From: a virus
Taxonomy: Duplodnaviria; Caudoviricetes
Virus record (IMG/VR): IMGVR_UViG_3300017991_000130
Coordinates: 1-55,948 of that record
Strand: one strand, 5' to 3'
DNA: 55,948 nucleotides
Shown here: piece after piece, positions 54,902 through 55,948 of the stretch
How positions within the stretch are numbered: the stretch's first letter is position 1
How the letters are laid out: each line of letters starts with the position of its first letter
Program-made: the position numbers and the translations under genes
The notes under the pieces: generated by a model
Database searches by the model: none
The model's input: only the letters and a program-made list of their open reading frames with translations
Told to the model about the DNA's origin: nothing

Positions 54902-55803
54902 CAGAGCACCCCCATCTTGGCCGCCACCTGGCGTGTGACCTCAAGATCGTTCCCGAGGTAGTCAAAAGCCTGTGTGCGCTCCTCCGGCGTTCCCCAAAAG
55001 AGCCGGGCGAAGTTGGCGCCGTTGCCGAACTTTCGCTGCGTGTCGAAGTACTGCGCCAGCCGGTCCAGCTTCGCCCGCTCGCCGTAGACGCCGCAGGCCC
55101 ACGCGGCCATCGTGTCTACGAACAGGCGGTTCCACGACCAGCGGCCGCCACTGAAGTTGAACGCCTCCGGCGGGATCGCGATGCCCAACAGCCACGACCG
55201 GCGGACCAGGAACGGCAGGTCGAAACCGTAGATGTTGTGGCCGATCATCTGCTGTTGCCGTTCTCTGTGGTAGTTGAATCGGCCCCACCAGCGCCGGAGC
55301 AGCGCCTCTTCACCTTGGCCATTGTCGCTTTGACTGGCCCAGTCCAGATCGGTCTTTCCGCTCGACAGATACCCGATGGCCAGCACGCGGCCGGTCAACG
55401 GCGAGAGCGGGGCCCGTTCCACGAACGCCAGCCACGCCTGCTCGCGGGCCTCTGCCAGTCGGGCAGTCGCCTCCGCGACCGCCTTCTCGTGCTCCGTGCG
55501 TTTCTGCTCGATTTTCTGCTTGATCTTGGCCTCGTCCTTCATGTTGCCCGTCTTGACGCAAGACGCGTCGAACGGCTGGCCGACCGGTTCCACCCCTTTG
55601 ACCTTGGATTCGTCGAACTCGAACATGTCCGTCAGCACGCCGGATTCTGCCGGGCCGGTCTCGCAATCAAATACCACCGTACCTGACAGATTCTCCTGGA
55701 CGGGTTGTGGCTCATGCGCCGGTTGTTCGTCCCGCTTCTCGGCGGTGGCTGTCGCCGGGCCGCCAGACGACTCGAACATGTCGCCGAACAGGTCGTCGCT
55801 CAC
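54901..55803 (-). CDS. DnaQ/PolB-type 3'-5' exonuclease-like protein
   Basis: ExoI VFDCET, ExoII GHNIYGFDLPFL and ExoIII YLGND; GAGGAG SD before the GTG at 55803. Confidence 0.85.
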   Translation of the reverse strand: MSDDLFGDMFESSGGPATATAEKRDEQPAHEPQPVQENLSGTVVFDCETGPAESGVLTDMFEFDESKVKGVEPVGQPFDASCVKTGNMKDEAKIKQKIEQKRTEHEKAVAEATARLAEAREQAWLAFVERAPLSPLTGRVLAIGYLSSGKTDLDWASQSDNGQGEEALLRRWWGRFNYHRERQQQMIGHNIYGFDLPFLVRRSWLLGIAIPPEAFNFSGGRWSWNRLFVDTMAAWACGVYGERAKLDRLAQYFDTQRKFGNGANFARLFWGTPEERTQAFDYLGNDLEVTRQVAAKMGVL

Positions 55804-55948
55804 AAGACTGCTCCTCGTCTCGAACAGCGCCCCGGCTGGCGTCCGGCCGCCCGGGGCGCGCCTCGTTATCACCGTGCGTCATGCGCGGCGGACTGACGTT
55901 TCTCGATGACTCGTCTTTCGGCCGCTGCAAGCCGTCGCGGCGGATAGC

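Overview
The window is almost entirely one high-GC temperate (pro)phage, read mostly on the minus strand. Its left boundary is a duplicated 3' half of a tRNA-Gly(CCC) gene at about 223-271 (att site); the integrase and intact tRNA are expected beyond the right edge. From right to left the modules are: recombination/replication genes (DnaQ-like exonuclease, RecT-like annealase, SSB-like protein, HNH, RecD2, ERCC4 nuclease, ASCH, TOPRIM primase and helicase, iteron-rich putative origin); packaging (TerS-like protein, intein-containing TerL); two beta-helix adhesin/depolymerase genes; a Mu-gp29/DUF935-type portal fused in frame to a complete type IB topoisomerase; a plus-strand cassette of small genes, four of them preceded by a repeated hairpin+SD element, under an operator-bearing promoter; a protease-rich lysis-position module; Mu-like head genes; siphovirus-type tail genes with a -1 frameshift chaperone; and a glycan-building set (GT25, a GT fused to a DUF579-like methyltransferase, WecB, sulfotransferase, two SAM methyltransferases) interleaved with the tail genes. 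A Planctomycetota host is a guess from protein style only. All product calls come from motif recognition by eye; no database searches were run.
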